DNA from: a virus
Taxonomy: Duplodnaviria; Caudoviricetes
Length of the DNA: 28,163 nucleotides
Strand: one strand, 5' to 3'
IMG/VR virus record: IMGVR_UViG_3300017978_000121
Span: 1 to 28,163 of that record
A program made the translations under genes and the position numbers. Within the stretch, counting starts at the first letter, position 1. Every line of letters starts with the position of its first letter. The notes below the pieces were generated by a model. That model saw only the letters and a list, made by a program, of their open reading frames with translations. It was not told where the DNA came from and did no database searches. Of the stretch, positions 1 through 8,040 are shown in pieces.

Positions 1-111
1 CGCGTTGTTCGTCAGTACGACATCAACAACGACCGTATGCCTTGCCGTATTGACGTTCTGTATGGCTACAGCACGATCCGTCCGCAAATGGCCGTCCGGA
101 TGTGGGGCTAA
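1..111 (+). CDS. Major capsid protein, C-terminal fragment (P22 gp5-like coat)
   Basis: Frame 1 reads RVVRQYDINNDRMPCRIDVLYGYSTIRPQMAVRMWG*, matching the P22-type coat C-terminal pattern R.DVLYG....RP..A.R..G. Followed by a hairpin. Confidence 0.75.
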   Translation, partial: RVVRQYDINNDRMPCRIDVLYGYSTIRPQMAVRMWG

Positions 112-120
112 GTTAAACAC

Positions 121-151
121 GGCCTCCGGTTCGCCGGAGGCCAAACTTTTT
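121..151 (+). terminator. Terminator-like hairpin after capsid gene
   Basis: GGCCTCCGG-TTCG-CCGGAGGCC, perfect 9-bp stem with UUCG loop, then AAACTTTTT. Confidence 0.7.
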
Positions 152-165
152 AAAGGATTTATATC

Positions 166-573
166 ATGGCTATTCTACCTAATGGCGCCGGCGGTTATCA
201 AGTTGGCGACGGCAACCTCGGCGAAGTCACGCTGGGCGTATCCGCAATCCCTACCGCGTACACCGCAGGCGTTACGCTGACCACTGCTGATCTGTCTGGC
301 GGCCTTGTCGTTTACACGTCAAGCAGCACTGCTGACCTCGCGCTTCCTGCCGTTGCTGGCGTTGGCGGCGTAAACGCTGACATCAGCAGCGCAAAGGTTA
401 ACTCAGCATTTGAGTTTTCTTTGGTTGCTACCAGCACCGGCGTACCTACCATCACCGCTGGCACAGGCTGGACGTTGGTTGGTTCCGGCGCAGGCGTTGC
501 GTCCAAGAGCGTATTGTTCCGTGCCGTTAAAACTGGCGCTGAAACATACAATCTGTATCGTATCGCTGGCTAA
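166..573 (+). CDS. Putative capsid decoration/minor virion protein
   Basis: 135 aa, G/A/T/S/V-rich. AAAGGA RBS. Directly after the capsid gene. Confidence 0.6.
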   Translation: MAILPNGAGGYQVGDGNLGEVTLGVSAIPTAYTAGVTLTTADLSGGLVVYTSSSTADLALPAVAGVGGVNADISSAKVNSAFEFSLVATSTGVPTITAGTGWTLVGSGAGVASKSVLFRAVKTGAETYNLYRIAG

Positions 574-580
574 TAGGTTT

Positions 581-608
581 GCCCCGGCTACGGTCGGGGC
601 ATCCTTTT
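581..608 (+). terminator. Terminator-like hairpin
   Basis: GCCCCGGC-TACG-GTCGGGGC (cUACGg tetraloop, one G-U pair), then ATCCTTTT. Confidence 0.65.
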
Positions 609-621
609 CAGGAGAACAATC

Positions 622-906
622 ATGCCTAATACTAAAGCAGTAGGCGTAGCATACGCCGACCCTGAGTTTGAAAGCGTTTCCGTTACTGGTGCGATGAGCG
701 CCGGTTCGGTCGTTTCAACCGCGTCAAGCGGCGCTGTAGCCAGCAACGCAAGTGCAGGCGTCTATATCCTTAGCACTGCAATCACCGCTAACTCGACCAC
801 CACTTCGGCACCTGTCGGTTCGCTTGGTATCACAACCAATGCAACTGGCCGTGGCAAGCTGTTCTACGCAGACGGCACTAAGTGGCAGTTTATGGCGATC
901 AGTTAA
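622..906 (+). CDS. Putative small virion protein
   Basis: 94 aa, S/T/A-rich, ending GKLFYADGTKW. GGAGA RBS. Confidence 0.55.
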   Translation: MPNTKAVGVAYADPEFESVSVTGAMSAGSVVSTASSGAVASNASAGVYILSTAITANSTTTSAPVGSLGITTNATGRGKLFYADGTKWQFMAIS

Positions 907-912
907 TTAATC

Positions 913-938
913 TGGGCGGCTTTCGGGCCGTCCATTTT
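913..938 (+). terminator. Terminator-like hairpin
   Basis: TGGGCGGCT-TTCG-GGCCGTCCA followed by TTTT. Confidence 0.65.
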
Positions 939-949
939 ACGGAGTTTTT

Positions 950-1129
950 ATGGCGGTTATCTACCTTGTTCACGACGTCCACGGCGCAAAAGTTGCTATC
1001 TCAGAAGAGGAAGCGCGCTGCGACGAAGAGTTTGGTTGGGAACGCTTTTACCCTGACGCCCCTGTAGCGGCGCCCGTTAACGAAATGTCGGCAGGCAGCA
1101 AACGCCGCCGCGCAACGCAGGAAGACTAA
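950..1129 (+). CDS. Hypothetical 59-aa protein (not in ORF track)
   Basis: GGAG RBS. MAVIYLVHDVHGAKVAISEEEARCDEEFGWERFYPDAPVAAPVNEMSAGSKRRRATQED* fills the gap exactly. Confidence 0.75.
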   Translation: MAVIYLVHDVHGAKVAISEEEARCDEEFGWERFYPDAPVAAPVNEMSAGSKRRRATQED

Positions 1130-1132
1130 CCA

Positions 1133-1843
1133 ATGGAAACGGCTGGGGACATAATTAACGGTTCGCTTAGGCTTCTAGGCGTTCTGGCAGAGGGTGAAGT
1201 TCCATCGGCTGAAACGTCGCAAGACGCACTGCGCGCCATGAACCAGATGATTGATAGCTGGAACACTGAGCGCCTCGCGGTCTACGCAACGCAAGACCAG
1301 ATATTCATGTGGCCTGCCGGCCAGTTGTCGCGCACGCTTGGCCCTTCCGGCGACTTCGTCGGCAACCGCCCTGTTCTGCTTGAGGACTCGACATACTTCC
1401 GCGACCCCGGCACTGGCGTCAGCTACGGCATCAAATTCATTAACCAGCAGCAGTATAATGGCATCGCGGTCAAGACCGTGACGTCCACCTACCCGCAGGT
1501 TATCTTCGTCAACATGACGTTTCCCGACATCGAAATGTACATCTACCCGCGCCCTACGCGCGAACTGGAATGGCACTTTATTTCGGTTGAAGAACTGACG
1601 CAGCCTGCAACGCTGGCGACCACACTGCATTTCCCGCCCGGCTATCTGCGTGCGTTCCGTTACAACTTGGCGTGCGAGATGGCGCCTGAGTTTGGCGTAG
1701 AGCCGTCACCGCAAGTGTCGCGTCTGGCTATGGCGTCGAAGCGTAACCTGAAGCGCATCAACAACCCTGACGACATCATGTCCATGCCGTACAGCATCGT
1801 GGCGACGCGTCAGCGGTTCAACATCTTCGCGGGTAACTATTAA
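1133..1843 (+). CDS. Head-to-tail adaptor, P22 gp4-like
   Basis: TAGDIINGSLRLLGVLA...DALRAMNQMIDSW and RYNLACEMAPEFG motifs. Precedes the gp10-like gene. Confidence 0.8.
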   Translation: METAGDIINGSLRLLGVLAEGEVPSAETSQDALRAMNQMIDSWNTERLAVYATQDQIFMWPAGQLSRTLGPSGDFVGNRPVLLEDSTYFRDPGTGVSYGIKFINQQQYNGIAVKTVTSTYPQVIFVNMTFPDIEMYIYPRPTRELEWHFISVEELTQPATLATTLHFPPGYLRAFRYNLACEMAPEFGVEPSPQVSRLAMASKRNLKRINNPDDIMSMPYSIVATRQRFNIFAGNY

Positions 1844-3273
1844 TGAAGACGCCGATCCTTGGGTCGGCGTATGTCGCCAGAAGCGTCAACGCCGCAGACA
1901 ACCGTATGGTCAACCTCTTTCCGGAAATCGTACCGGAAGGCGGCAAAGAACCAGCCTTTCTCCAGCGCGCGCCGGGGCTAACCCGTCTGGCTACGGTCGG
2001 CATCGGGCCTATCCGCGGGATGTGGCAGTTCGGCGATTACGGCTACGCCGTGTCTGGCCCCACGCTGTTCCAGATTGACAGCAACTGGAACGCGGTCGCC
2101 AAAGGCACCGTAGGCGGCACTGGCCCTGTCAGCATGGCCGACAACGGCACGCAGCTATTCATCGCCGCTAACCCGCAGGGCTACATCTACAACTCCAGCA
2201 CGGACGCGTTCCAGCAGATCACCGACCCTGACTTCCCCGGTGCAGGCACGGTCGGCTACATCGACGGCTATTTCGTGTTCAACGAACCCGGCACGCAGAA
2301 GATTTGGGTGACATCGCTGCTCGACGGCACTGCTGTCGATCCGCTGGAGTTTGCCAGCGCCGAAGGCAATCCAGACAATGTGGTCGCGGTCTTTGTGGAC
2401 CACCGCGAAGTCTGGGTGTTCGGCACCAACTCGACCGAAGTCTGGTACGACGCTGGGCTGCTCGACTTCCCGCTGACGCGTATCCAAGGTGCGTTCAACG
2501 AACTGGGCTGCGCGGCACCGTATTCCGTCGCCAAGATGGACAACCAAGTCTACTGGCTGGGCAAGGACGCCCGCGGTCAGGGTATCGTCTACCGCGCTGC
2601 TGGCTACATCGGTCAGCGCGTGTCAACGCACGCTATCGAATGGCAGATGCAAGAGTATGCCGACATCTCGGACGCCACAGGCTACACATACCAGCAGGAC
2701 GGCCACAGCTTCTACGTGCTGAACTTCCCGACCGCTGACACCACATGGGTGTATGACGTCGCCACCGGCGCATGGCATGAGCGTGCGTCGTTTGCCAACG
2801 GCGAGTTTAACCGTCACCGCGCCAGCAGCCAGATGTTCTTCAACTCTACCACTGTTGTCGGCGATTACCAGAACGGCAAGATTTACGAGTTTGACCTGAA
2901 CGAGTATTCCGACGACGGCAGCCCGCAGAAATGGCTGCGGTCGTGGCGGGCGCTCCCGACAGGCGCTAACAATCTGGCCCGTACTATCCAGCACTCCATG
3001 CAGCTTGACTGCGAGACAGGCGTCGGCCTCAACACCGGCCAAGGCGACAACCCGCAAGTCATGCTGCGCTGGTCTGACGATGGCGGCCACACATGGTCGA
3101 ACGAACACTGGAAGTCGATGGGGCGCATTGGCCGGTCTGGCTTCCGCACGATCTGGCGCCGCCTTGGTGCGACGATGAAGATACGCGACCGCGTCTACGA
3201 GGCGTCAGGGACCGACCCTGTCCGCATCTACATCATGGGTGCTGAACTGCTGCTGTCAGGAACGCGGGCCTAG
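1843..3273 (+). CDS. Packaged-DNA stabilization/tail hub protein, P22 gp10-like
   Basis: 476 aa. VNLFPE, ADNGTQL, GCAAPYS, WVYDVATGAWHER and LRWSDDGGHTWS...WRRLG motifs typical of gp10. Confidence 0.9.
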   Translation: MKTPILGSAYVARSVNAADNRMVNLFPEIVPEGGKEPAFLQRAPGLTRLATVGIGPIRGMWQFGDYGYAVSGPTLFQIDSNWNAVAKGTVGGTGPVSMADNGTQLFIAANPQGYIYNSSTDAFQQITDPDFPGAGTVGYIDGYFVFNEPGTQKIWVTSLLDGTAVDPLEFASAEGNPDNVVAVFVDHREVWVFGTNSTEVWYDAGLLDFPLTRIQGAFNELGCAAPYSVAKMDNQVYWLGKDARGQGIVYRAAGYIGQRVSTHAIEWQMQEYADISDATGYTYQQDGHSFYVLNFPTADTTWVYDVATGAWHERASFANGEFNRHRASSQMFFNSTTVVGDYQNGKIYEFDLNEYSDDGSPQKWLRSWRALPTGANNLARTIQHSMQLDCETGVGLNTGQGDNPQVMLRWSDDGGHTWSNEHWKSMGRIGRSGFRTIWRRLGATMKIRDRVYEASGTDPVRIYIMGAELLLSGTRA

Positions 3274-4121
3274 TGGCGTACAATCCAATCAACCCTACGC
3301 AGTTAACGCCGCCGCGCGTCGATCTGATCGACCCGCGGTCTGGCGCGATTAGCCGTGAATGGTATCGGTTCTTTCTATCGCTGTTGACTGCGACGCAGAC
3401 CAACCAAGATGAAGTCGAGTTAGCGCCTGACGCTACGTCGCTGATAGCGTCCTATGACGCCATGCTGGAGTCGCTGGCGCAGACGACAGAGAGCGCGCCT
3501 GACTGTTGCAGCGCAACGGCAGATGTGGACGCTAAGGTAAACAGCCTCGCGCAAGCTACCGCCAGCGCACCGCCTGCCGCGTCGGAAAGCGAAATCGCGG
3601 TCATTCAGTCACAGCTTCAGGCGTTGGCACTGTCGCCGCCCCCAAAAGAATTTATCTCGCCGCGCTACGGCTCGTTCTACGACACGACCGATCAGACCGC
3701 CGCTGTCATCAACACGGCCTATGCCATGACGTTCAATACGACCGACCTGTCGTTTGGCGTCACAGTTGGCACACCAACGTCGCGCATTTACGTTGACCGG
3801 CCTAACATTTACAACATACAGTTTTCCTCGCAGTTTATTAACACCGGCGGCAGCGCCCACCGCGCTTGGATTTGGCTGCGTAAAAACGGCACCGACGTGC
3901 CTGACAGCGCAACCGTGCTACGCTTTCAGGGAAACAACACTGAGGATGTCGCAGCGTGGAACTTTCTGCTACAGATGAACGCAGGAGATTATTTTGAGTT
4001 GATGTGGGAAGTAGACAACACCGGCGTGTCGCTGCACGCAGACCCTGCCACGGCTGTTCACCCAGCCGTCCCATCAATTATTTTGACCGTGACTGACAAC
4101 GTGAGTTCCTTGGAGGTATAA
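3273..4121 (+). CDS. Putative tail needle (gp26-like position) with helical shaft and C1q/TNF-like C-terminal knob
   Basis: Follows gp10. Helical A/S/Q-rich middle with SLAQ.T.SAP repeat. Beta-rich C-terminus (YNIQFSSQF, IWLRKNG, AGDYFELMW). GTG start. Confidence 0.55.
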   Translation: MAYNPINPTQLTPPRVDLIDPRSGAISREWYRFFLSLLTATQTNQDEVELAPDATSLIASYDAMLESLAQTTESAPDCCSATADVDAKVNSLAQATASAPPAASESEIAVIQSQLQALALSPPPKEFISPRYGSFYDTTDQTAAVINTAYAMTFNTTDLSFGVTVGTPTSRIYVDRPNIYNIQFSSQFINTGGSAHRAWIWLRKNGTDVPDSATVLRFQGNNTEDVAAWNFLLQMNAGDYFELMWEVDNTGVSLHADPATAVHPAVPSIILTVTDNVSSLEV

Positions 4122-4457
4122 ATGGCCGTATCAATTAGTAACATCATCCCCGCCAAGACAGCGGAGAACAGCCAGACGACGCAGTACACGTCGAATGGCG
4201 TACAGACGATCATCGACAAGTTTACCGCGACGAATTACAGCGTCTCGGCTGCGACGATCAGCGTCAACCTTGTCACGGCTGCGGGCAGCGCCGGCAACGA
4301 TAACTTGATTGTCAAGACCAAAACGCTCCAGCCGTCTGAGACTTACACCTTTCCTGAACTGGTCGGCCATGTGCTGCCTAACAATGGCTTCATCAGCACA
4401 ATCGCTGGCACGGCGTCGGCAATCAAAATCCGCGCGTCAGGCCGTCTGGTTAGCTAA
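4122..4457 (+). CDS. Hypothetical beta-rich virion protein
   Basis: GGAGG RBS. 111 aa, T/S/I/V-rich, within the tail module. Confidence 0.65.
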   Translation: MAVSISNIIPAKTAENSQTTQYTSNGVQTIIDKFTATNYSVSAATISVNLVTAAGSAGNDNLIVKTKTLQPSETYTFPELVGHVLPNNGFISTIAGTASAIKIRASGRLVS

Positions 4458-4999
4458 TGCAGCACTTTCTATGTCTGGCTGATAACATTGATGTCATTCC
4501 CGTTATGCGGGAGTTGGCAACGCAGCCAGACCTATGGGACCAGAACCCGCTGCGGACGCAACACCCCGATACGGCCCATGCTGATGTCAGCGACATCTGG
4601 CTTTGGTTCAACGAGATACCGGAAGACCCGACCGCCGTCATCAATGACATCCAGACTGTGCCGTATCCTGCATGGACGCAGTTGCCGTCGCTACGCCGCT
4701 TGGTGCTAGACCTTATGCACCGCGTCAACGGTGTGCAGTTGGGCCGCTGCATCGTAACTAAGCTGCCGCCCGGCGGTCAGATAACGCCGCACGTCGATCA
4801 CGGCGCACCGGCTGAGTTTTACACCCGCTATCAGATTGCGCTTCAATCGCTACCCGGCGCGCTGTTCCATTGCGATGACGAAACGGCAGGTTTTCGCACC
4901 GGCGAAGTCTGGTGGGTAAACAATCGTGTAAAACATTCTGTTGTAAATAACAGCGCCGATGATAGGATTGTCTGCATAGTGGACATCAGGAGCGCATAA
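4457..4999 (+). CDS. Aspartyl/asparaginyl beta-hydroxylase-like 2OG-Fe(II) oxygenase
   Basis: LPPGGQITPHVD (HxD), GEVWWVNNRVKHSVVN (distal His) and DRIVCIVD (Arg). Confidence 0.85.
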   Translation: MQHFLCLADNIDVIPVMRELATQPDLWDQNPLRTQHPDTAHADVSDIWLWFNEIPEDPTAVINDIQTVPYPAWTQLPSLRRLVLDLMHRVNGVQLGRCIVTKLPPGGQITPHVDHGAPAEFYTRYQIALQSLPGALFHCDDETAGFRTGEVWWVNNRVKHSVVNNSADDRIVCIVDIRSA

Positions 5000-5454
5000 T
5001 GATTACGGCACAAGTCGAGCCTTACAAAGATTGCCTACCAGAGTTAATGGCGTGTTACGACCATCATTGGGAAGAGTTGGCACTGAACAAAGATAAGGTT
5101 CCGCTTGCGCCGCAGTACGATGTATACGAAGCGCGCGACGACGCAGGGCAACTGTTGCTCGTTACGCTGCGCGAAGCTGGCCGATTGGTCGGCTATTTTA
5201 TTGGTTTTATTGCGCCGGGGCTACACTATAAGACGTGCCTGACGTTGACGATGGACATCTTCTGGACGCACCCAGATGTGCGTGGTGGATTTGCTGGCGT
5301 GAAACTCTTTCGCGCCGTTGAAAAAGATGCTAGAAGGCGCGGCGTACACAGAATTTTTTACGGCTCCAAAATGCATAAAGACGCATCTAGGCTGTTTGAG
5401 TTTTTAAAGATGGAACCTGTAGAGATGTACTACACGAAATGGATCGGAGACTGA
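4999..5454 (+). CDS. GNAT-fold acetyltransferase (P22 gp14-like position)
   Basis: GRLVGYFIG and FWTHPDVRGGFAGVKLFRAVEKDARRRG, an acetyl-CoA motif A-like segment. Confidence 0.8.
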   Translation: MITAQVEPYKDCLPELMACYDHHWEELALNKDKVPLAPQYDVYEARDDAGQLLLVTLREAGRLVGYFIGFIAPGLHYKTCLTLTMDIFWTHPDVRGGFAGVKLFRAVEKDARRRGVHRIFYGSKMHKDASRLFEFLKMEPVEMYYTKWIGD

Positions 5455-5455
5455 C

Positions 5456-6220
5456 ATGGTCGCAGCAGCAGTAACCGCAGCAGCCGCAGTTGGCGGCGCT
5501 GTAATCTCTAGCAAAGCGTCTAAAAAGGCGTCAAAGGCGCAAGTCCAAGCGGCGCAAGATGCTAACGCTGCACAGGAGCGTATGTTCCAGCGGCAAGTTG
5601 AATTGCAAGAGCCATTTCGTCAGGGTGGTATTACCGCGCAAGACCAGATCATGCAATTGCTGGGCATCGGCGGTGACAAGACCGCCGCTGGCTACGGCAG
5701 CATGGCGAAAGCCTTTGGCACGGATCAATTCCAGCAAGACCCCGGCTATGCGTTCCGCCAAGCGGAAGGTATGAAGGCGCTGGAACGGTCGGCAGCAGCG
5801 CGCGGCAATCTCATGTCGGGCAGCACTCTGAAGGGCATCCAGCGTTTCGGTCAGGACTTGGCAAGCCAAGAGTACCAAAACGCATTTAACCGCTATCAGG
5901 TCGAGCGGTCGGCGCGCCTTAATCCGCTTCAGTCGTTGATGGGTGCTGGTCAGTCCGCAACCAACGTAATGACTAGCGCCGCAGGGCAGATGGGTCAGAA
6001 CCAAGCATCCAACCTGTACAACGCAGGGCAAGCCCGCGCATCTGGCTATATTGGATCGGCCAACGCACTAACAAACGCTTTAGGCCAGATAGGGGGTTAC
6101 GCCTCTAACGCACCTATGAACAAGGCAATAATGGGCTACTACAACCGCGGTTCCGCCGGCGGTAGCCGCGGCGGTCCTTACGATACGCCGCCATATATAC
6201 CACCATCAGACGACGGATAA
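5456..6220 (+). CDS. DNA ejection protein 1 (P22 gp7-like)
   Basis: Hydrophobic Ala-rich N-terminus. DPGYAFRQAEG..ALERSAAARG...SGSTLK motif. Q/A/G-rich. Confidence 0.8.
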   Translation: MVAAAVTAAAAVGGAVISSKASKKASKAQVQAAQDANAAQERMFQRQVELQEPFRQGGITAQDQIMQLLGIGGDKTAAGYGSMAKAFGTDQFQQDPGYAFRQAEGMKALERSAAARGNLMSGSTLKGIQRFGQDLASQEYQNAFNRYQVERSARLNPLQSLMGAGQSATNVMTSAAGQMGQNQASNLYNAGQARASGYIGSANALTNALGQIGGYASNAPMNKAIMGYYNRGSAGGSRGGPYDTPPYIPPSDDG

Positions 6221-6225
6221 TAGAT

Positions 6226-8037
6226 ATGCCAAACCAGATGATAGCTTTGCAAGCACGCAGCCCGCAGCTTCCCGACCCGTCGCGGCGCACGGCGCAGTTT
6301 GTCAACATGATGAACATGGCGCGCCAGCAGGAAGCGGCGCAACGTCAAGCGGAGTTGGCGCAGCAGACGATGGACATCAACAAAGCGCAAGAAGCGCGTG
6401 CAGCGGCATTGCAAGGGCCAGCGTTAACAAAAGCGCAGCAAGATAATATAGTTCAGGCGTTAGGTATATTCCGCGAAGCCGTTGGAGATATAGCGGAAGG
6501 CGACATTGCCGCCGCAGAAGCGGTGCGCGCCGACTTAGTGTCGCGTGTGCCGGGCTACGATAAATTTATTCCGCCTGCATCGCAGTGGACGGGCGACACG
6601 ATACGTAAGTTAATGCTTACGTCCGAAAAAGAAATCGAAAAAACTATCGCAACGCCCGTAGCTAGTTTGGAAGTTTCTACATCCGGCGCGCCTAGGTCAG
6701 TCACTGTCGGCGGTTTTCGTCCCGGACAACAAGGCGTATACGACATACCGGAAACGCCGACTGCTGCGCCGCGAGCAACACCAACTTCAACCGCAGGCGC
6801 CGGTACATCCGCGGATATGCGCGCAACGGGCGGCGCTAACACAACACCGCAAGACCTTATAGATCAGGGAATGGACCCCGCGTTTATCCCTTCGGGCAAC
6901 CCTACGTCGCGTCCAGTGTCATTTAACCAAAGCGATATGGGCGGCGCGGGCGCCGTGCAGATGACGCCTGAAGTAATGTCCCGCATTGTGGACTCTGCGT
7001 TTCAAACAGGTGTTATGGCGCAAGTGGACTTTGACCAGCTTTTAGCGTCCCAGCCGCAGCAGAATAAGCAGGCCCTTGTGGACTCTTTCCGTCGGGCCAA
7101 CATTACTCTGCAAGCCGATGCACCGTCGTTGGCAGCCAGCGCGATGGGCCAGCCTCAGTATGACGGCCAAACGCCGCAGTCGCAGTTTGCTGTCTACCGC
7201 GGCGCCCCGATGCAATCGCAAAACGCTGGTTTGCGCGGCGCACCGCCAATGGAACAGACGCTGGCACAAACCCGTACATCTACGCCGCTCCAGCAGCGCA
7301 ACCCGAATGTACCGTTGGCGCCCGGATCATCTGTGGTACCTTTATCGCGGCTTGGCGCAGAAAAAACAACAGAAGCGCAGGCTGCCGCGGACGTAAATTT
7401 GCGAATGGCGCCGGCGATTGCGGAGGCGACTAAGAAAGCAGAACGCGCTGTCGAGCTAAAATCAAACGCGACAAAAGCAAAATATGCTACTGAAGGTATA
7501 CTTAGCGAGGTAGCTGACCGCATCAACACCATAGATGAGTTGTTGCGTAACCCGAACCGTTTTTCAATCGTCGGGCCGATTGAAGGTAACTTACCGCGGC
7601 TTTTGCAGACCGGCGCGCGCGCTGACGCACAGGCTGCTTTTGATAAGATTAAAAATACTGCTACGCTTACGTCGTTGATTGATATGCGTAAGTCTACCGA
7701 AACTGGCGCATCGCCGGTCGGCGCTAACCCGACCGATAAGGACGCCAAGATTGTAGAACAAGCAGCCAGCAAACTAATTCAAACAGGTGAACCAGCTACG
7801 TTCGACGCTGAATTGATAGATATGCGCCGGAAACTATACCGCACATACCAAAGCGCCCAGCGCGAATATGACGGCGTGTACGCTGATGTGCTGAAGGACA
7901 ACCCGCGGCTGCGGTTAGTAGTGCCAAAGGTTTCAGACCGGTATCTCAGCACAAAAGACTTACCCAAGCAAAAAACGCAGGCCAAGACGCCGACCAGCAG
8001 GCTTTCAGCGGAAACCCGCGCAAAATACGGACTATAA
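6226..8037 (+). CDS. DNA ejection protein 2 (gp20-like position)
   Basis: 603 aa, Q/A-rich, helical and low-complexity. Second of three large genes after the GNAT. Confidence 0.6.
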   Translation: MPNQMIALQARSPQLPDPSRRTAQFVNMMNMARQQEAAQRQAELAQQTMDINKAQEARAAALQGPALTKAQQDNIVQALGIFREAVGDIAEGDIAAAEAVRADLVSRVPGYDKFIPPASQWTGDTIRKLMLTSEKEIEKTIATPVASLEVSTSGAPRSVTVGGFRPGQQGVYDIPETPTAAPRATPTSTAGAGTSADMRATGGANTTPQDLIDQGMDPAFIPSGNPTSRPVSFNQSDMGGAGAVQMTPEVMSRIVDSAFQTGVMAQVDFDQLLASQPQQNKQALVDSFRRANITLQADAPSLAASAMGQPQYDGQTPQSQFAVYRGAPMQSQNAGLRGAPPMEQTLAQTRTSTPLQQRNPNVPLAPGSSVVPLSRLGAEKTTEAQAAADVNLRMAPAIAEATKKAERAVELKSNATKAKYATEGILSEVADRINTIDELLRNPNRFSIVGPIEGNLPRLLQTGARADAQAAFDKIKNTATLTSLIDMRKSTETGASPVGANPTDKDAKIVEQAASKLIQTGEPATFDAELIDMRRKLYRTYQSAQREYDGVYADVLKDNPRLRLVVPKVSDRYLSTKDLPKQKTQAKTPTSRLSAETRAKYGL

Positions 8038-8040
8038 AAC

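Noticed and set aside
7174-7245. 12-aa imperfect repeat (QSQ.A..RGAP) in ejection protein 2
   Set aside because: Only two degenerate copies in a low-complexity region, which is common in such proteins.
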